31,848 bases of DNA, taken from contig JBGAOA010000049.1 in assembly GCA_044222065.1 (NCBI GenBank), forward strand, positions 1-31,848, written 5' to 3'. The notes beneath the pieces are model-generated. The model was given only the letters and a program-made list of their open reading frames with translations. It was not told the origin of the DNA and ran no database searches. Within the stretch, counting starts at the first letter, position 1; every line of letters starts with the position of its first letter. The DNA comes from Candidatus Eiseniibacteriota bacterium (GTDB lineage Bacteria > Eisenbacteria > RBG-16-71-46). A program made the position numbers and the translations under genes. Below are positions 8,057-18,163 of the stretch, piece after piece.

Positions 8057-10827
8057 GTGCGTCGCTCCGGGCCGGGGCGCGGCGCGCCGGGCGCTCGGGC
8101 GCTCGCGGGCGCGCTCGCCGCCGTGCTCGCGGCCGCGCTCGCGATCGCGCCGCCCGCGGGCGCGATGCCGCCGCGCTCCGAGGCGATGCTCACGCGCCTC
8201 GCGCAGACCGATACGCTCTACGCACTGCGACAGGCGAGCCGCGCCGTCGCCGTGCTCGATTCGCTGGACCGCGATGCGCGCGCGCGCGGCGATGGCGACC
8301 TCGAGATGCTCGTCACGCTGCGCCGCGTGCTGATCGAGCTCGACGCCGGCCGGACGTGGCGCGCCGAGAGCCTGCTCGCGCGCGCGACGCCGGTCGCGCG
8401 CGCCGCGCGCGACACGCTGAGCCTCGCGCGGGCGCTGCGCTTCGGCGCCAAGGCGGCGGAACTGCGCGGCCGCGTGGAGGCGGCGGAGCGCGGCTACCGC
8501 GAGGCGCTCGCGCTCGCGGAACGCAGCGGCGATCCGCTCGAGGTCGCGTGGTCGCGGCTCGGCGTCGCCTACACGGCGATGCTGCGACGGCGCTACCGCG
8601 CGGCGCGTCCGCTCTACGAGCGCACGATCCGGGACTTCGCCGCGATGCCGAACCCGCGCGGCGAACTGCTCGCCCGCCGCGGGTACGCGCGCGTGCTCGC
8701 GAACCTCGAGGACGGGGTGCGGGGACGCGCGAACTACGCGGCGCTGCTCGAAATCGCGCGCCTCACCGGCGATCGCGCCGCCGAGGCCGAATTCCTGAAC
8801 GGCCTCGGCGCGCTGGAACACCGGCGCGGGGATCCGTCGCGTGCGGCGAACTACTACGAACGCGCGATCGACAGCTACCGCGCGCTCGGACGCAACACGA
8901 CGGCGCTCTATCCGGCGGTGAACCTCGCGCTGCTCGCGACGAACATGGGGGAACTGGAGCGCGCCGACTCGATCCTGACGCGCGCGATGCTCGATGCGGG
9001 CCCCGCGACGCCCGCGGACCTGCGCGCGCAGCTGTGGACACAGCTCGGCGTCCTTCGCGGCCAGCAGCAGCGCGTCGGCGAGGCGGTCGAATACGGACGG
9101 CGCGCGTTCGCGCTCGTGGACTCGGTGCGTCCGGACGCCCGGCTCGACCTCGTCGCGCCGTTCCTGAGCCAACTGGAGCGCGCGCGCCGCCACGAGGAAC
9201 AGCTCGGACTGCTGGACCGGCTCACGGCCGAGGGAGCGTCGTGGCTCACGGACGAGGATCGCCGCTCGCTCGCGTTCGAACGGACGATCTGCCTGATCGC
9301 GCTCGGCCGGACGCGCGAGGCCCGCGACGCGTTTCGCTCGGTCGCCCGGACGGAGCGGATCGCGAGTTCGGGCCTGGGAGGGTTCAGCCAGCTGTTCGAT
9401 CGGGCGCAGCGCGCGCGCTGCTGGAACGCGTTCGGGGAGCTCGATTCGGCGCTGCGCGAATTCCGCGGCGCCGCGTCCGACTGGGAGCGCCTGCGCGCGA
9501 GCACGAACGCGAGCCGCTGGCGCGAACTCGCGGACGACGGCGCGCTCGACTTCGCGGCCGAGTACGGCGCGGCGCTGTGCGACCCGCGTCGCGGCGGCAG
9601 CGCGTCGCGCCGCACGGCCGAAGCGTTCGAGGCGCTTCAGCGCTTCCGCTCCCGCACGCTCGACGCGCCCGGAGCGGACGGCGCTTCGGGAGGACGGCCG
9701 ATCTCGATCGCGACGCTCCGGCGCGAAGTGCTCGCCCCGAACGAGGTGTTCCTCGACGTGTACGCGTCGCGCGAGACCTCGCTCGTGTTCGTCGTCTCGC
9801 GCGACACCGCGTACGCCTATGGCGCGAACGCCTCGGCGCGCCTCACCGAACGGCTGTGGCGCTTCTACGAGGTGCTGCGCGGGCCAGGGGGCGGCGACGT
9901 GGCCGGGGCGCGCGCGAGCGCCGCCGTCGCGATCGGGCAGCTCGTCTTCGGCGGCGCGCGCGGCCCGCTCGAGCGCGCCGAGCGCGTGCGCATCGCGTGC
10001 GGCGGACTCGTGCGCTTCCCGCTCGGATCGCTCGTCCTGCCCGGCCGCACCGAGTGCCTCGCGCTCGACCGCGACCTCGGCTTCGTGCCGTCGGCGCGCT
10101 GGCTCGCGGCGGCGCGCGGGCGCACGCGGTCCCCAGGCCGCGGCGCCGCGCGCCTGCTCGCCGTCGCGCGCACGCGCGACGACCGCGGCCGCGATCTGCG
10201 CCGCCCCCGACGAACGAGCCGCGTCCGTCCGGACTCGTGCGCGACACGCTGTTCCTCGCCGCCGCGGGCCGCGAGGCGCGCTGGCTCGAGAGCCGCTTCG
10301 CCGGCGCGCGCGCGATCGTGGACGCGGCCGACGGCGCGCGCGCTCCCGTCGGCTCCGCTGCGCGCGGCTGCGACGTCGTGCACCTCGCGGGGCACATGCG
10401 CTACGACCGCACCGCGACCTGGCGCGACGCCGTGCTGCTCGGCGATCCCGCGCGCGCGGACGCCTGGCTCGACGCCGCGACCGTCCAGCGTGCGAAGGTG
10501 CCCGCCGGCCTCGTCGTGCTCGCGGGCTGCACGTCGGTCGGCGGACAGTCGGGGGTGCGCGAGAACCTGCCGGGCCTCGCGGCCGCCTGGCTCGCGGGCG
10601 GCACGCGCGCCGTGCTCGCCACCCAGTGGGACGTCTCCGACGGCGCGGCCGAGCGCATCGTGCGGCGTTTCTACGAGGGGCTCGCGCAGGGGCTCGCGGT
10701 GGGGCCTGCGCTGCGGGCGGCGCAGCGCGCGCAGCGGGCCGATCCGGCGTTCCAGGCGCCGCGCGACTGGGCGGGCTTCGTCCTGCTCGGCGACTCGGAC
10801 ACCCGCGTCGCGCTGGCGGGACGCTGA
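8057..10827 (+). CDS. Signal-peptide-bearing TPR + CHAT (caspase-like, clan CD) protease, frameshifted at ~10199-10269 by a duplicated segment
   Basis: GTG 8057 gives a signal-like N-terminus (RALAGALAAVLAAALAIAPPAGA). TPR-like helices (LNGLGALEHRRGDPSRAANYYERAI) lie in the 5033 frame. The CHAT dyad VVHLAGH / LVVLAGC, VLATQWDVSD and WAGFVLLG lie in the 8356 frame. Confidence 0.85.
10199..10269 (+). repeat. 71-bp exact direct repeat, copy inside the CHAT gene
   Basis: Identical to 10992-11062 (CGCCGCCCCCGACGAACGAGCC...TTCCTCGCCGCCGCGGGC), offset 793 bp. Confidence 0.97.
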
Positions 10828-10975
10828 CCCACCTTTCGTCGCTTCCAGCCGTCCAAGAGGTTCGGAGTCGGCAAAGTCGTGGCGGCGGGTCTTCCGGCCC
10901 CTCGGCGGCCGAGCTATCATCCGCGACCGCTCACCGCTTCGCTCGCTCGATCCACTTCCGACACCCGGACCCCTC

Positions 10976-11842
10976 ATGAACGACACGCCTTCGCCGCCCC
11001 CGACGAACGAGCCGCGTCCGTCCGGACTCGTGCGCGACACGCTGTTCCTCGCCGCCGCGGGCATCGTGCTCGGGCTCGCCGCGAACCAGTTCCGGCTCAT
11101 GACGCACGACCCGAAGGCGCTGAGCTGGGTGCGCGTCGAGCGCAAGCTCGTGAGCCTCGACGACGTGATGCCGAAGCCCGTCGTCGTCGGCGACACGACG
11201 TCGCAATCGGGCACGGTCCTGACGTCGGCGCCGGCCGAGACGCCGCCTCCCGCCGTGTCGTCCGCCCCGAAGCCGGAACCGCACGCCGCCACGCCGGCGC
11301 CGACGCCCGCTGCGAGCGAGTCCCCGAAGCCCGCGGCGCCGCCGATGGCTTCCATCACGCCGCCACCCGCGACCCCGCCGGCCGCGACCGCGACCGATCC
11401 CGCGCCGTCGTCCGCGACGCCGGCCGCGAACGCGAAGCCGCGCGCGTGGACGCCGCCCGGAGCCGCGGCGCCCGCCGGTCCGGCGGTGCCCGATTCGAAG
11501 GAGCCGATCGAAGCGCACTACGCGTTCGTGAAGCAGCTCTACGACGCGAAGTCGGCGCTGTTCCTCGACGCGCGCTCGGCGGAGGAGTTCGCCGAGGGGC
11601 ACATCCCGGGCGCGAAGAACCTGCCGTTCGACGACGTGTTCAAGAACCCCGACAGGCTCAAGGGACTCGGACCGCTCGATCGGCCGATCGTGACTTACTG
11701 CGGCGGCGGCGACTGCGACCTCTCGAAGAGCCTGGCGTTCTCGCTCGTGGACGCCGGCTACCGCAAGGTGCTCGTGTTCATGGACGGCGTGCCGGGATGG
11801 AAGAACTCGGGGAACGCGCTCAGCACGGGAGGCCAGCCGTGA
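10976..11842 (+). CDS. Membrane-anchored rhodanese-domain protein with a Pro/Ala/Thr-rich linker
   Basis: N-terminal TM (LFLAAAGIVLGLAANQF), low-complexity linker, then FLDARSAEEFAEGHIPGA, active-site loop YCGGGDC and DGVPGW. Confidence 0.9.
   Translation: MNDTPSPPPTNEPRPSGLVRDTLFLAAAGIVLGLAANQFRLMTHDPKALSWVRVERKLVSLDDVMPKPVVVGDTTSQSGTVLTSAPAETPPPAVSSAPKPEPHAATPAPTPAASESPKPAAPPMASITPPPATPPAATATDPAPSSATPAANAKPRAWTPPGAAAPAGPAVPDSKEPIEAHYAFVKQLYDAKSALFLDARSAEEFAEGHIPGAKNLPFDDVFKNPDRLKGLGPLDRPIVTYCGGGDCDLSKSLAFSLVDAGYRKVLVFMDGVPGWKNSGNALSTGGQP
10992..11062 (+). repeat. 71-bp exact direct repeat, native copy in the rhodanese 5' coding region
   Basis: Encodes PPPTNEPRPSGLVRDTLFLAAAG in frame, leading into the N-terminal transmembrane helix of the rhodanese protein. 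Confidence 0.97.
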
Positions 11843-12276
11843 ACGGCGAACGCGGATTCGCGCTGCGCGCGCTGCTGCTGCGTGCGGCCCAGATCGGAAT
11901 CGGCGCGGTGTTCATCGTGGCGGCGGTCGCGAAGATTGCCGACCCGACCGACCTCGCGCTCCAGGCGAAGAACTTCCGGCTGCTCCCGGTCGGGAGCGAG
12001 CACCTCGTCGCGATCACGCTGCCGTGGATCGAACTGCTCGCGGGCGCGGCGCTCGTGACGGGCCTGCGCGCGCGCGCGGGCGCGCTGCTCACGCTCCTGA
12101 TGATGGCCGTGTTCACGGTCGCCGTGGGTTCGGCGTGGGCGCGCGGACTCGACTTCCGCTGCGGCTGCTTCGGGAAGGCGAGCGCTTCGACGGTGGGCCC
12201 GCAGAAGTTCTTCGAGAACGTCGGACTCACGCTGCTCGCGGCCGTCGCGCTGCTGCCCCCGCGCCGGAAGTCCTGA
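11839..12276 (+). CDS. MauE/DoxX family redox-associated membrane protein
   Basis: GTGA overlap with the rhodanese stop. Motifs FIVAAVAKI, LPWIELLAG and GLDFRCGCFG (CGCFG signature). About four TM segments. Confidence 0.88.
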   Translation: MNGERGFALRALLLRAAQIGIGAVFIVAAVAKIADPTDLALQAKNFRLLPVGSEHLVAITLPWIELLAGAALVTGLRARAGALLTLLMMAVFTVAVGSAWARGLDFRCGCFGKASASTVGPQKFFENVGLTLLAAVALLPPRRKS

Positions 12277-12279
12277 CGC

Positions 12280-13062
12280 TCAGGAGTCGCCGCGCGCCTT
12301 CGGCGCCGCGCCGCCCTTGGGCGGCCGGAACTCGTCGGCGCGCAAGCGGGGATTGAGGATCACGCGCGTCACGCTCGTGACGCCGGTCTGCGTGCCCGAC
12401 GCCCAGTTGCGCTCCCGGAACGCGAACCACACGCCGTCCACCGCGCGGAAGTCGTCGTAGAAGGTCTCGAAGTGCGTCTGCATGCCGCCGTGCGCGAGCG
12501 CGCCCTGGCTCATGCGCACGCGGTGGTCGCGCGGATCCACGAACGCGCGGAACGTGAGCCCGCCCGGGAGCGGGAACTCGACGCCCTCGCACGCGACGCT
12601 GTCCACGTCCTGCGCGGCGAGCCAGCGCGCCTCGGCGGCGTGCTCGATCAGGATCCACGGCACGTCGGCGCGCGCGGCCTGCAGCACCATCGCGTCGAGC
12701 ATCGGCCCGTGCGCCTCTTCGATCGGGCCCTCGTCCACGCTGCGCCAGCCCTTCGCGCCGTCCACGATGCGCGCCTCGCCCGCGCCCTCGTAGCCGATGA
12801 GCACCTTGAGGCGGCCGGGGCGCGCGAACACGCGCACCGTCGGCGACTCGTCGTGGCGGCGGATCGAGAACAACTCGCCTTCGAGCCGGTACGCGCGCAC
12901 GCGCTCGAGCGCGGCGCGGCCGCCGTACGCCTCGACGACGCGCGCGAGCAGCGCGCGCGCCTCGGGCGAGCCGGCGTCCCCCGGAACCGCGAAGGCGCTT
13001 CCGGACGCGCCGAGCGCCGCGGCGAGCGCGGCGGCGGTGGCGAGCTGGCGGAGCGCGGACAC
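12280..13062 (-). CDS. Secreted hypothetical protein (possible LolA-like/lipoprotein-sorting fold)
   Basis: GTG 13062 lies just after the ettA stop. Signal peptide LATAAALAAALGASGSAFA. N-terminal LLARVVEAYGG and C-terminal YDDFRAVDGVWFAF...LNPRL resemble that class (inference). Confidence 0.7.
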   Translation of the reverse strand: MSALRQLATAAALAAALGASGSAFAVPGDAGSPEARALLARVVEAYGGRAALERVRAYRLEGELFSIRRHDESPTVRVFARPGRLKVLIGYEGAGEARIVDGAKGWRSVDEGPIEEAHGPMLDAMVLQAARADVPWILIEHAAEARWLAAQDVDSVACEGVEFPLPGGLTFRAFVDPRDHRVRMSQGALAHGGMQTHFETFYDDFRAVDGVWFAFRERNWASGTQTGVTSVTRVILNPRLRADEFRPPKGGAAPKARGDS

Positions 13063-13070
13063 GCGGGCCT

Positions 13071-14762
13071 CTAGTGGTGCACGAGCTTCTTGTAGCGGAT
13101 GCGGTGCGGCTGATCGGCGTCGGTGCCGAGCCGCTCGTGGCGGTCGGCCTCGTAGGCCTGGAAGTTGCCCTCGAAGAACCGCACCTGCGAGTCGCCCTCG
13201 AACGCGAGCATGTGCGTCGCGATGCGGTCGAGGAACCAGCGGTCGTGCGAGATCACGACCACGCAGCCCGCGAATTCGAGCAGCGCGTCCTCGAGCGCGC
13301 GCAGCGTGTCCACGTCGAGGTCGTTCGTCGGCTCGTCGAGCAGCAGCACGTTTCCGCCGCTCTGCAGCAGCTTCGCGAGGTGGAGCCGGTTGCGCTCGCC
13401 GCCCGAGAGGTCCTTCACGCGCTTCTGCTGGTCCGCGCCGCGGAAGTTGAACCACGCGCAGTAGGCGCGCGAGTTCACCTCGCGCTTCCCGAGCACGACG
13501 TTGTCCTGTCCCCCCGAGATCTCCTCCCACACGGTCTTTTCGCCGGCGAGCGCGTCGCGCGACTGGTCCACGTACGACACCTTCACCGTCTCGCCCATCT
13601 TGAGCGCGCCCGAGTCGGGCGTCTCCTGGCCGACGAGCATGCGGAACAGCGTCGTCTTGCCCGCGCCGTTCGGCCCGATCACGCCGACGATGCCGGCCGG
13701 GGGCAGCTTGAACGACAGGTCCTCGATGAGCAGGTTGTCGCCGTAGCCCTTCTTGAGGTCCTCGGCGTCGATCACGACGCTGCCGAGGCGCGGTCCCGGC
13801 GGAATGTAGATCTCGACGTTGTCGAGTTTCTCGCGCCCCTCTTCGGCGAGCATCTTCTCGTAGGCCTGCAGTCGCGCCTTGCTCTTCGCCTGCCGCGCGC
13901 GCGGGGCCATGCGCACCCACTCGAGCTCGCGCTCGAGCGTCTTCTGGCGCGCCGACTCCTGCTTCTCTTCCTGCGCGAGGCGCGTGCGCTTCTGGTCGAG
14001 CCAGCTGGAGTAGTTGCCTTCCCACGGGATGCCCGCGCCGCGGTCGAGCTCGAGGATCCAGCCCGCGACGTTGTCGAGGAAGTAGCGGTCGTGCGTCACG
14101 GCGACGACGGTGCCCTCGTATTCCTGCAGGAAGCGCTCGAGCCACGCGACCGACTCGGCGTCGAGGTGGTTCGTCGGCTCGTCGAGCAGCAGCAGGTCGG
14201 GCTTGGACAGCAGCAGCCGGCACAGCGCGACCCGGCGGCGCTCGCCGCCCGAGAGCTTCGTCACGTCGGCGTCTCCCGGCGGGCAGCGGAGCGCGTCCAT
14301 CGCGATTTCGAGCTGGCGGTCCAGATCCCACAGGTTCATCGAGTCCATCTTGTCCTGCAGCTTGCCCTGCTCTTCGATGAGCGCGTTCATCGCGTCGTCG
14401 TCCATGGGTTCTGCGAACTTCGCGCTGATCTCGTTCCAGCGGCGCACGACTTGGACCTTCGCGGCGACGCCTTCCTGAACGTTCTCGAGCACGGTCTTCT
14501 TCGGGTCGAGCTGCGGCTCCTGCGGCAGGAAGCCGACGGTGTAGCCCTTGCCGAGGAACGCCTCGCCGAGGAAGTCCGCGTCCACGCCGGCCATGATCTT
14601 GAGGAGCGAGCTCTTGCCGGCGCCGTTCAGGCCGAGCACGCCGATCTTGGCGCCGTAGTAGAAGCTCAGCCAGATGCCCTTCAGGATCTCGCGCTTGGGC
14701 GGCACGACCTTGCGCAGGTCCTTCATCACGTAGACGAACGGCTTCGACGAATCGACGGCCAT
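13071..14762 (-). CDS. ettA: Energy-dependent translational throttle protein EttA (ABC-F ATPase)
   Basis: GAGGAG RBS then ATG 14762. Two ABC domains (GLNGAGKS / LSGGERRR and GPNGAGKT / LSGGERNR), linker [11 protein letters not shown] and C-terminal [10 protein letters not shown]. Confidence 0.96.
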   Translation of the reverse strand: MAVDSSKPFVYVMKDLRKVVPPKREILKGIWLSFYYGAKIGVLGLNGAGKSSLLKIMAGVDADFLGEAFLGKGYTVGFLPQEPQLDPKKTVLENVQEGVAAKVQVVRRWNEISAKFAEPMDDDAMNALIEEQGKLQDKMDSMNLWDLDRQLEIAMDALRCPPGDADVTKLSGGERRRVALCRLLLSKPDLLLLDEPTNHLDAESVAWLERFLQEYEGTVVAVTHDRYFLDNVAGWILELDRGAGIPWEGNYSSWLDQKRTRLAQEEKQESARQKTLERELEWVRMAPRARQAKSKARLQAYEKMLAEEGREKLDNVEIYIPPGPRLGSVVIDAEDLKKGYGDNLLIEDLSFKLPPAGIVGVIGPNGAGKTTLFRMLVGQETPDSGALKMGETVKVSYVDQSRDALAGEKTVWEEISGGQDNVVLGKREVNSRAYCAWFNFRGADQQKRVKDLSGGERNRLHLAKLLQSGGNVLLLDEPTNDLDVDTLRALEDALLEFAGCVVVISHDRWFLDRIATHMLAFEGDSQVRFFEGNFQAYEADRHERLGTDADQPHRIRYKKLVHH

Positions 14763-14866
14763 GGAACTCCTCGGGGCGGGCGCGGCGCAGGGCGCGCGGA
14801 ACGGTCGGCGTGGAATGCGGCGGGGGAGAATCGCCGATGGCGGACGCCGCGCGCAAGCGCGGCGGG

Positions 14867-16664
14867 TCAGCGCGTGCGGGGCGCGAGCGCGGCCGTTACG
14901 GGCAGCGTCGCGAGACGCCCGGCGAGGTAGCGGCCCTCGCCGTGCCGCGGGTCGAGCGCGAGGCAGCGCTCGACCGCGGCGCGCGCCGCCGCGAGGTCGC
15001 CGCGCGCGAGCGCGAGGTGCGCCGCGAGCGCCCACGAGTCCGCGCTCTCGCCACCGAGCGCGAGCGCCGCGCGGTTGAACGAGTCGGCGTCCGCGTCGCG
15101 GCCGCGCTGGAACGCGAGGATCGCGCGATTCATCCACAGCGTTTGCGACAGCGGGCCGCGCGGCTCGGGGTGCGCACGCTGCGCGCTCACGAGCAGGGAT
15201 TCGGCTTCGGCGTCCCGCCGGCGTTCCATCGCCGCGAGTCCTGCGACAAAGTCGCGCGCGGCGCCGGGCTCGACGGCGCGCGCGGGTGCCGCGAGCCCGC
15301 CTTCGTACTCGACGAGCGCGTCGGTGCGGTAGCCGCCGCCCGGCCGGCGCTCGAAGCTCGTCCACTGGAGCGTCGGATCCCGGTACCACACGCGCGCCGC
15401 GAGCGAATCCTCGAAGCCGAACAGCACGACGTTCGGAATTCCGAGGTACTCGACGCGCGCGCCCGCGGGCAGTTCGGGATGGCGATCGCGGAGCGCGAGC
15501 CGCGTGGACTCGAGGGTGCGCTGCAGCCGCGCGAGCCGCACGAACGAGAGCTGCGAAGCGGTCGCGGGCGCCTCGAGCGACACGGTCGCGGCGGCGATCG
15601 GCGCGATCGCGAGCGCCGCGACCCGCAGCGCGAAGCCCGAGCGAGGGGAAGAACGTTCGCCAACCGTTCCAGTCGGGCAGCAGCACCGCGAGCGGCACGG
15701 TGCCGGCCGCGAACCACAGCGCGGCGCCGGCGAGCACCCAGCCGGTGCCCGCGATCCGCGCGCGCGCCTCGCGGCGGATCGCGAGCGCGAACGTCGCGGC
15801 GAGCAGCGCGGCGTAGGCGACGCCGAAGATCGAGCGCACCCGCGCCGGCTGGTCCTCGAGGTTGAGCTGCGCGAGGGCCGCCGCGCGGAAGACGGCGCCC
15901 AGGTTCTCGATCGAGACGTCGCCCGTCGGCGCGTCCGAGGGCAGTCCCATGCCGTGTCCGCGCGCGACCGCGTGGCCGACCGCGAACAGCGCTCCGAGCG
16001 CGAGCGCGAATCCCGCGGCGCGCCCGACCACGGCGGGCCGCGCGCGGCCCACCCACGCGATCGCCGGGAGCGACGGCAGCACGAGCGCCGCGGCCTCGTG
16101 GCTCAGCATCGCCGCCGCGGCGGCGAGCGACATCGTCCACAGCCGCTCGGCGAGCAGTTCGTGCACGGCGAGCGCCGCACACGTCGCCGCGAGCAGGTAC
16201 TCGCCGCCGCTCGGCCAGCCGAGCAGCACTCGCGTCGGTTCGCCGAGCAGCGGGAACAACGCCGCGGCCGCCGCGATCGCAGGCGCGAACGCCCGGCGGC
16301 CGATGCGATAGAGCGTCACGTAAAGCACGGCGAGCAGCGCGGCGTGCGCGGCGGCCGCGAGCCACGGGTGTTCGACGAGCCACGGCCCGAGCGCGAGGAA
16401 GTAGAGCTGCCGGCTCACGGGCCGCCAGTAGAAGGGCGAGCCCATCGGCCCCAACAGGTCCGAGCCCTGGCCGGTCTGGAGCGCGTTCAGGAACACGTAG
16501 TCGTCGGCGACCGGTGTGCCGAGCCTGGACCCGCGGCACGCCCACAGGAGGCAGGCGAGCGCCGCGACGGCCACGAGGAACCAGCCCCACTCGCGCGCGG
16601 CCGAAGGCGGCGGCACGGGCGCGGGGCGTGGTGCAGCGCGGGCATGGCGGCGGCCATGTGCCAT
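14867..16664 (-). CDS. Polytopic membrane protein (GT-C-like N-terminus) with C-terminal TPR helices; frameshift near 15635
   Basis: N-terminal frame has PVADDYVFL and [10 protein letters not shown] with many TM helices up to FFPSLG. The 14867-15583 frame continues [12 protein letters not shown]...[10 protein letters not shown] and ends in TPR-like helices ([16 protein letters not shown]). Start could be 16664 or GTG 16616. Confidence 0.7.
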
Positions 16665-17042
16665 CGCGTGCGGCTCCGGCGGCGAAGAGCGGTCCGGGCG
16701 GAAACTCGGTGCGGAATTTCGCCCGGCGAGACGTCCAACTTCCGGCGGAAGGGGTCGCGGCTGGGGGCCGGGACCGTGCCGGTGCCGGGAAGTCTAGGAC
16801 TGCCGGTTCCGAACCGTGAGGGAATTCGTCGACTCGGACCGGCGTTTCGAGTGCGACGTTCCGCGCTCCCTTGCGTCGGCGAGCGGCGCGGAAGCGGAAC
16901 CCGACGGCCCCCCCCGGGCCCGCCACGCTCGCGGCGCCGCTCGCGCTCGCGGGCCGCGGATGGGTGCTTGTCCGGTCGCGCGCGGAGGTGGAAACTCCCT
17001 GCAGCGCGCACCTCGCTCGGCGCCCTCATTGGGGAGGTGCTC

Positions 17043-18038
17043 ATGCGATCGACTTCGAATCCGTCCCGGCGCGCGGCCCCGCGCGCGATGATCATCGGAA
17101 TCGCCCTGCTCACGCTCGCTCCGCTCGCGCTCCAGGCTTCGCCCTCGGTTGCGCAGACGTGCCCGTCGAGTCAGTTCGCCTTCGGAGCGTGCGATCTCGC
17201 GACTTCGGCCGCGACGCTCGACACAACGTGCCGGCTGGGATTCGCGCCGTCGCACGGCTGGTTCGATCTCGGAGCGGACACGCTCGGCGTGGACCTGAGT
17301 GCGGACTTCGGCGGCATGACCTCCACGCTGACCGTGCTCGAGCTCTTTCGGATCGTCGGCCCGCCACCGGGGTCCCCGGTCGGCTTCACGCTGAAGGCGC
17401 CCGTCACGGGAGACGTGAACGCGCGCGCCGACGACATCACGACGCGCGCGACCGGAACGGCGCGATTGGAACTGGACGGCGTGCTCGTCGCGGAGGCGAT
17501 GAAGCAGGCGACGTGCGGCGGTTACGAGTGCTCGTCGACCGGAAACCTCAATACGGTGCTGTCCGGCGGCGTCTCGGTGCTCGCCGGCGCCGACTTCGTC
17601 GTGAGAGCGCGGCTCGTGGCGTCGACCTCCGGTTCCGGTTTCATCTCGTCTCCCGGAAGCGCGTGGGTTCGCGCCGGTCTCCGCTTCGACGACCTGCCCG
17701 CCGGCGCGGCCGTGATCAGCTGCCACGGCGACACGATCGGCACCGTCGGCGTGGGCGAGGCGGCGGCGGACGCGCGGCTGCGCGTGACGAGCCTCGGGCC
17801 GAATCCCTCGCGCGGCCCGGTGCGGGTGTCGTTCACGTCGGCGGCCGACGGTCCCGTGCGGGTCGAGCTGTTCGACGTGCAGGGGCGCGTCGTCGACTCC
17901 GACGCGGTCGCGGCGCGCGCGGGGGCGACGCACGCGGTGACGCTCGGCGCGCGCACGTCGCTCGCGCCCGCGGTCTACGTGGTGCGGATCGCGCAGGGCG
18001 CGCTCGCCGACGCGCGGCGAGTGACCGTGGTGCGCTGA
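17043..18038 (+). CDS. Secreted protein with a C-terminal T9SS type A/FlgD-Ig-like sorting domain
   Basis: GGAGG RBS then ATG 17043. Signal peptide ends at SVA-Q. The beta-rich body contains Cys residues. CTD reads GPNPSRG...VELFDVQGRVV...LAPAVYVVRI...RRVTVVR. Confidence 0.82.
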   Translation: MRSTSNPSRRAAPRAMIIGIALLTLAPLALQASPSVAQTCPSSQFAFGACDLATSAATLDTTCRLGFAPSHGWFDLGADTLGVDLSADFGGMTSTLTVLELFRIVGPPPGSPVGFTLKAPVTGDVNARADDITTRATGTARLELDGVLVAEAMKQATCGGYECSSTGNLNTVLSGGVSVLAGADFVVRARLVASTSGSGFISSPGSAWVRAGLRFDDLPAGAAVISCHGDTIGTVGVGEAAADARLRVTSLGPNPSRGPVRVSFTSAADGPVRVELFDVQGRVVDSDAVAARAGATHAVTLGARTSLAPAVYVVRIAQGALADARRVTVVR

Positions 18039-18057
18039 TCGCCCGCTCGGCACGATT

Positions 18058-18097
18058 CGGGCGGGCGCGGGACCTTCCGCGCCCGCCCGGTTTCGTT
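18058..18097 (+). terminator. Intrinsic terminator
   Basis: CGGGCGGGCGCGG-GACCTT-CCGCGCCCGCCCG, a 13-bp stem followed by GTTTCGTT. Confidence 0.75.
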
Positions 18098-18104
18098 CCG
18101 GCCG

Positions 18105-18131
18105 TCAAGTCGGGGCCTCACCCTCCGAGAC
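18105..18131 (+). promoter_or_regulatory. Possible sigma28 (FliA)-type promoter
   Basis: TCAAG-N14-TCCGAGAC compared with the consensus TAAAG-N14-GCCGATAA. It lies after a terminator and 32 nt before the ATG. Confidence 0.4.
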
Positions 18132-18163
18132 TCACGCGCGACCCCAACCAGGGAGGTGACGGC

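Noticed and set aside
10199..11062. 71-bp repeat pair as a diversity-generating retroelement TR/VR
   Set aside because: There are no adenine-specific mismatches (the copies are identical), no reverse transcriptase in the window, and the copy is not at a target gene's 3' end.
11190..11495. Pro/Ala/Thr-rich low-complexity stretch as a tandem repeat
   Set aside because: There is no regular nucleotide repeat unit. It is an ordinary flexible linker within the rhodanese protein.
5033..11842. 2269-aa ORF as a giant multidomain protein
   Set aside because: It is a composite of the antisense of the acyltransferase, an off-frame read of the M20 gene, the real TPR region, an off-frame CHAT tail and the real rhodanese. 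Stops are rare at this GC content.
13071..16664. 1197-aa membrane protein-EttA fusion
   Set aside because: It is created by the frameshift near 15635. ettA has its own GAGGAG RBS and ATG at 14762, and the middle of the ORF is Arg/Ala-rich off-frame sequence.
16665..17042. Long divergent intergenic region with GGAAT-N18-GTT (16821-16846) and other GGAA words as ECF promoters or an ncRNA
   Set aside because: The motifs are too short to be significant, and no recognisable riboswitch or RNA family structure could be supported.
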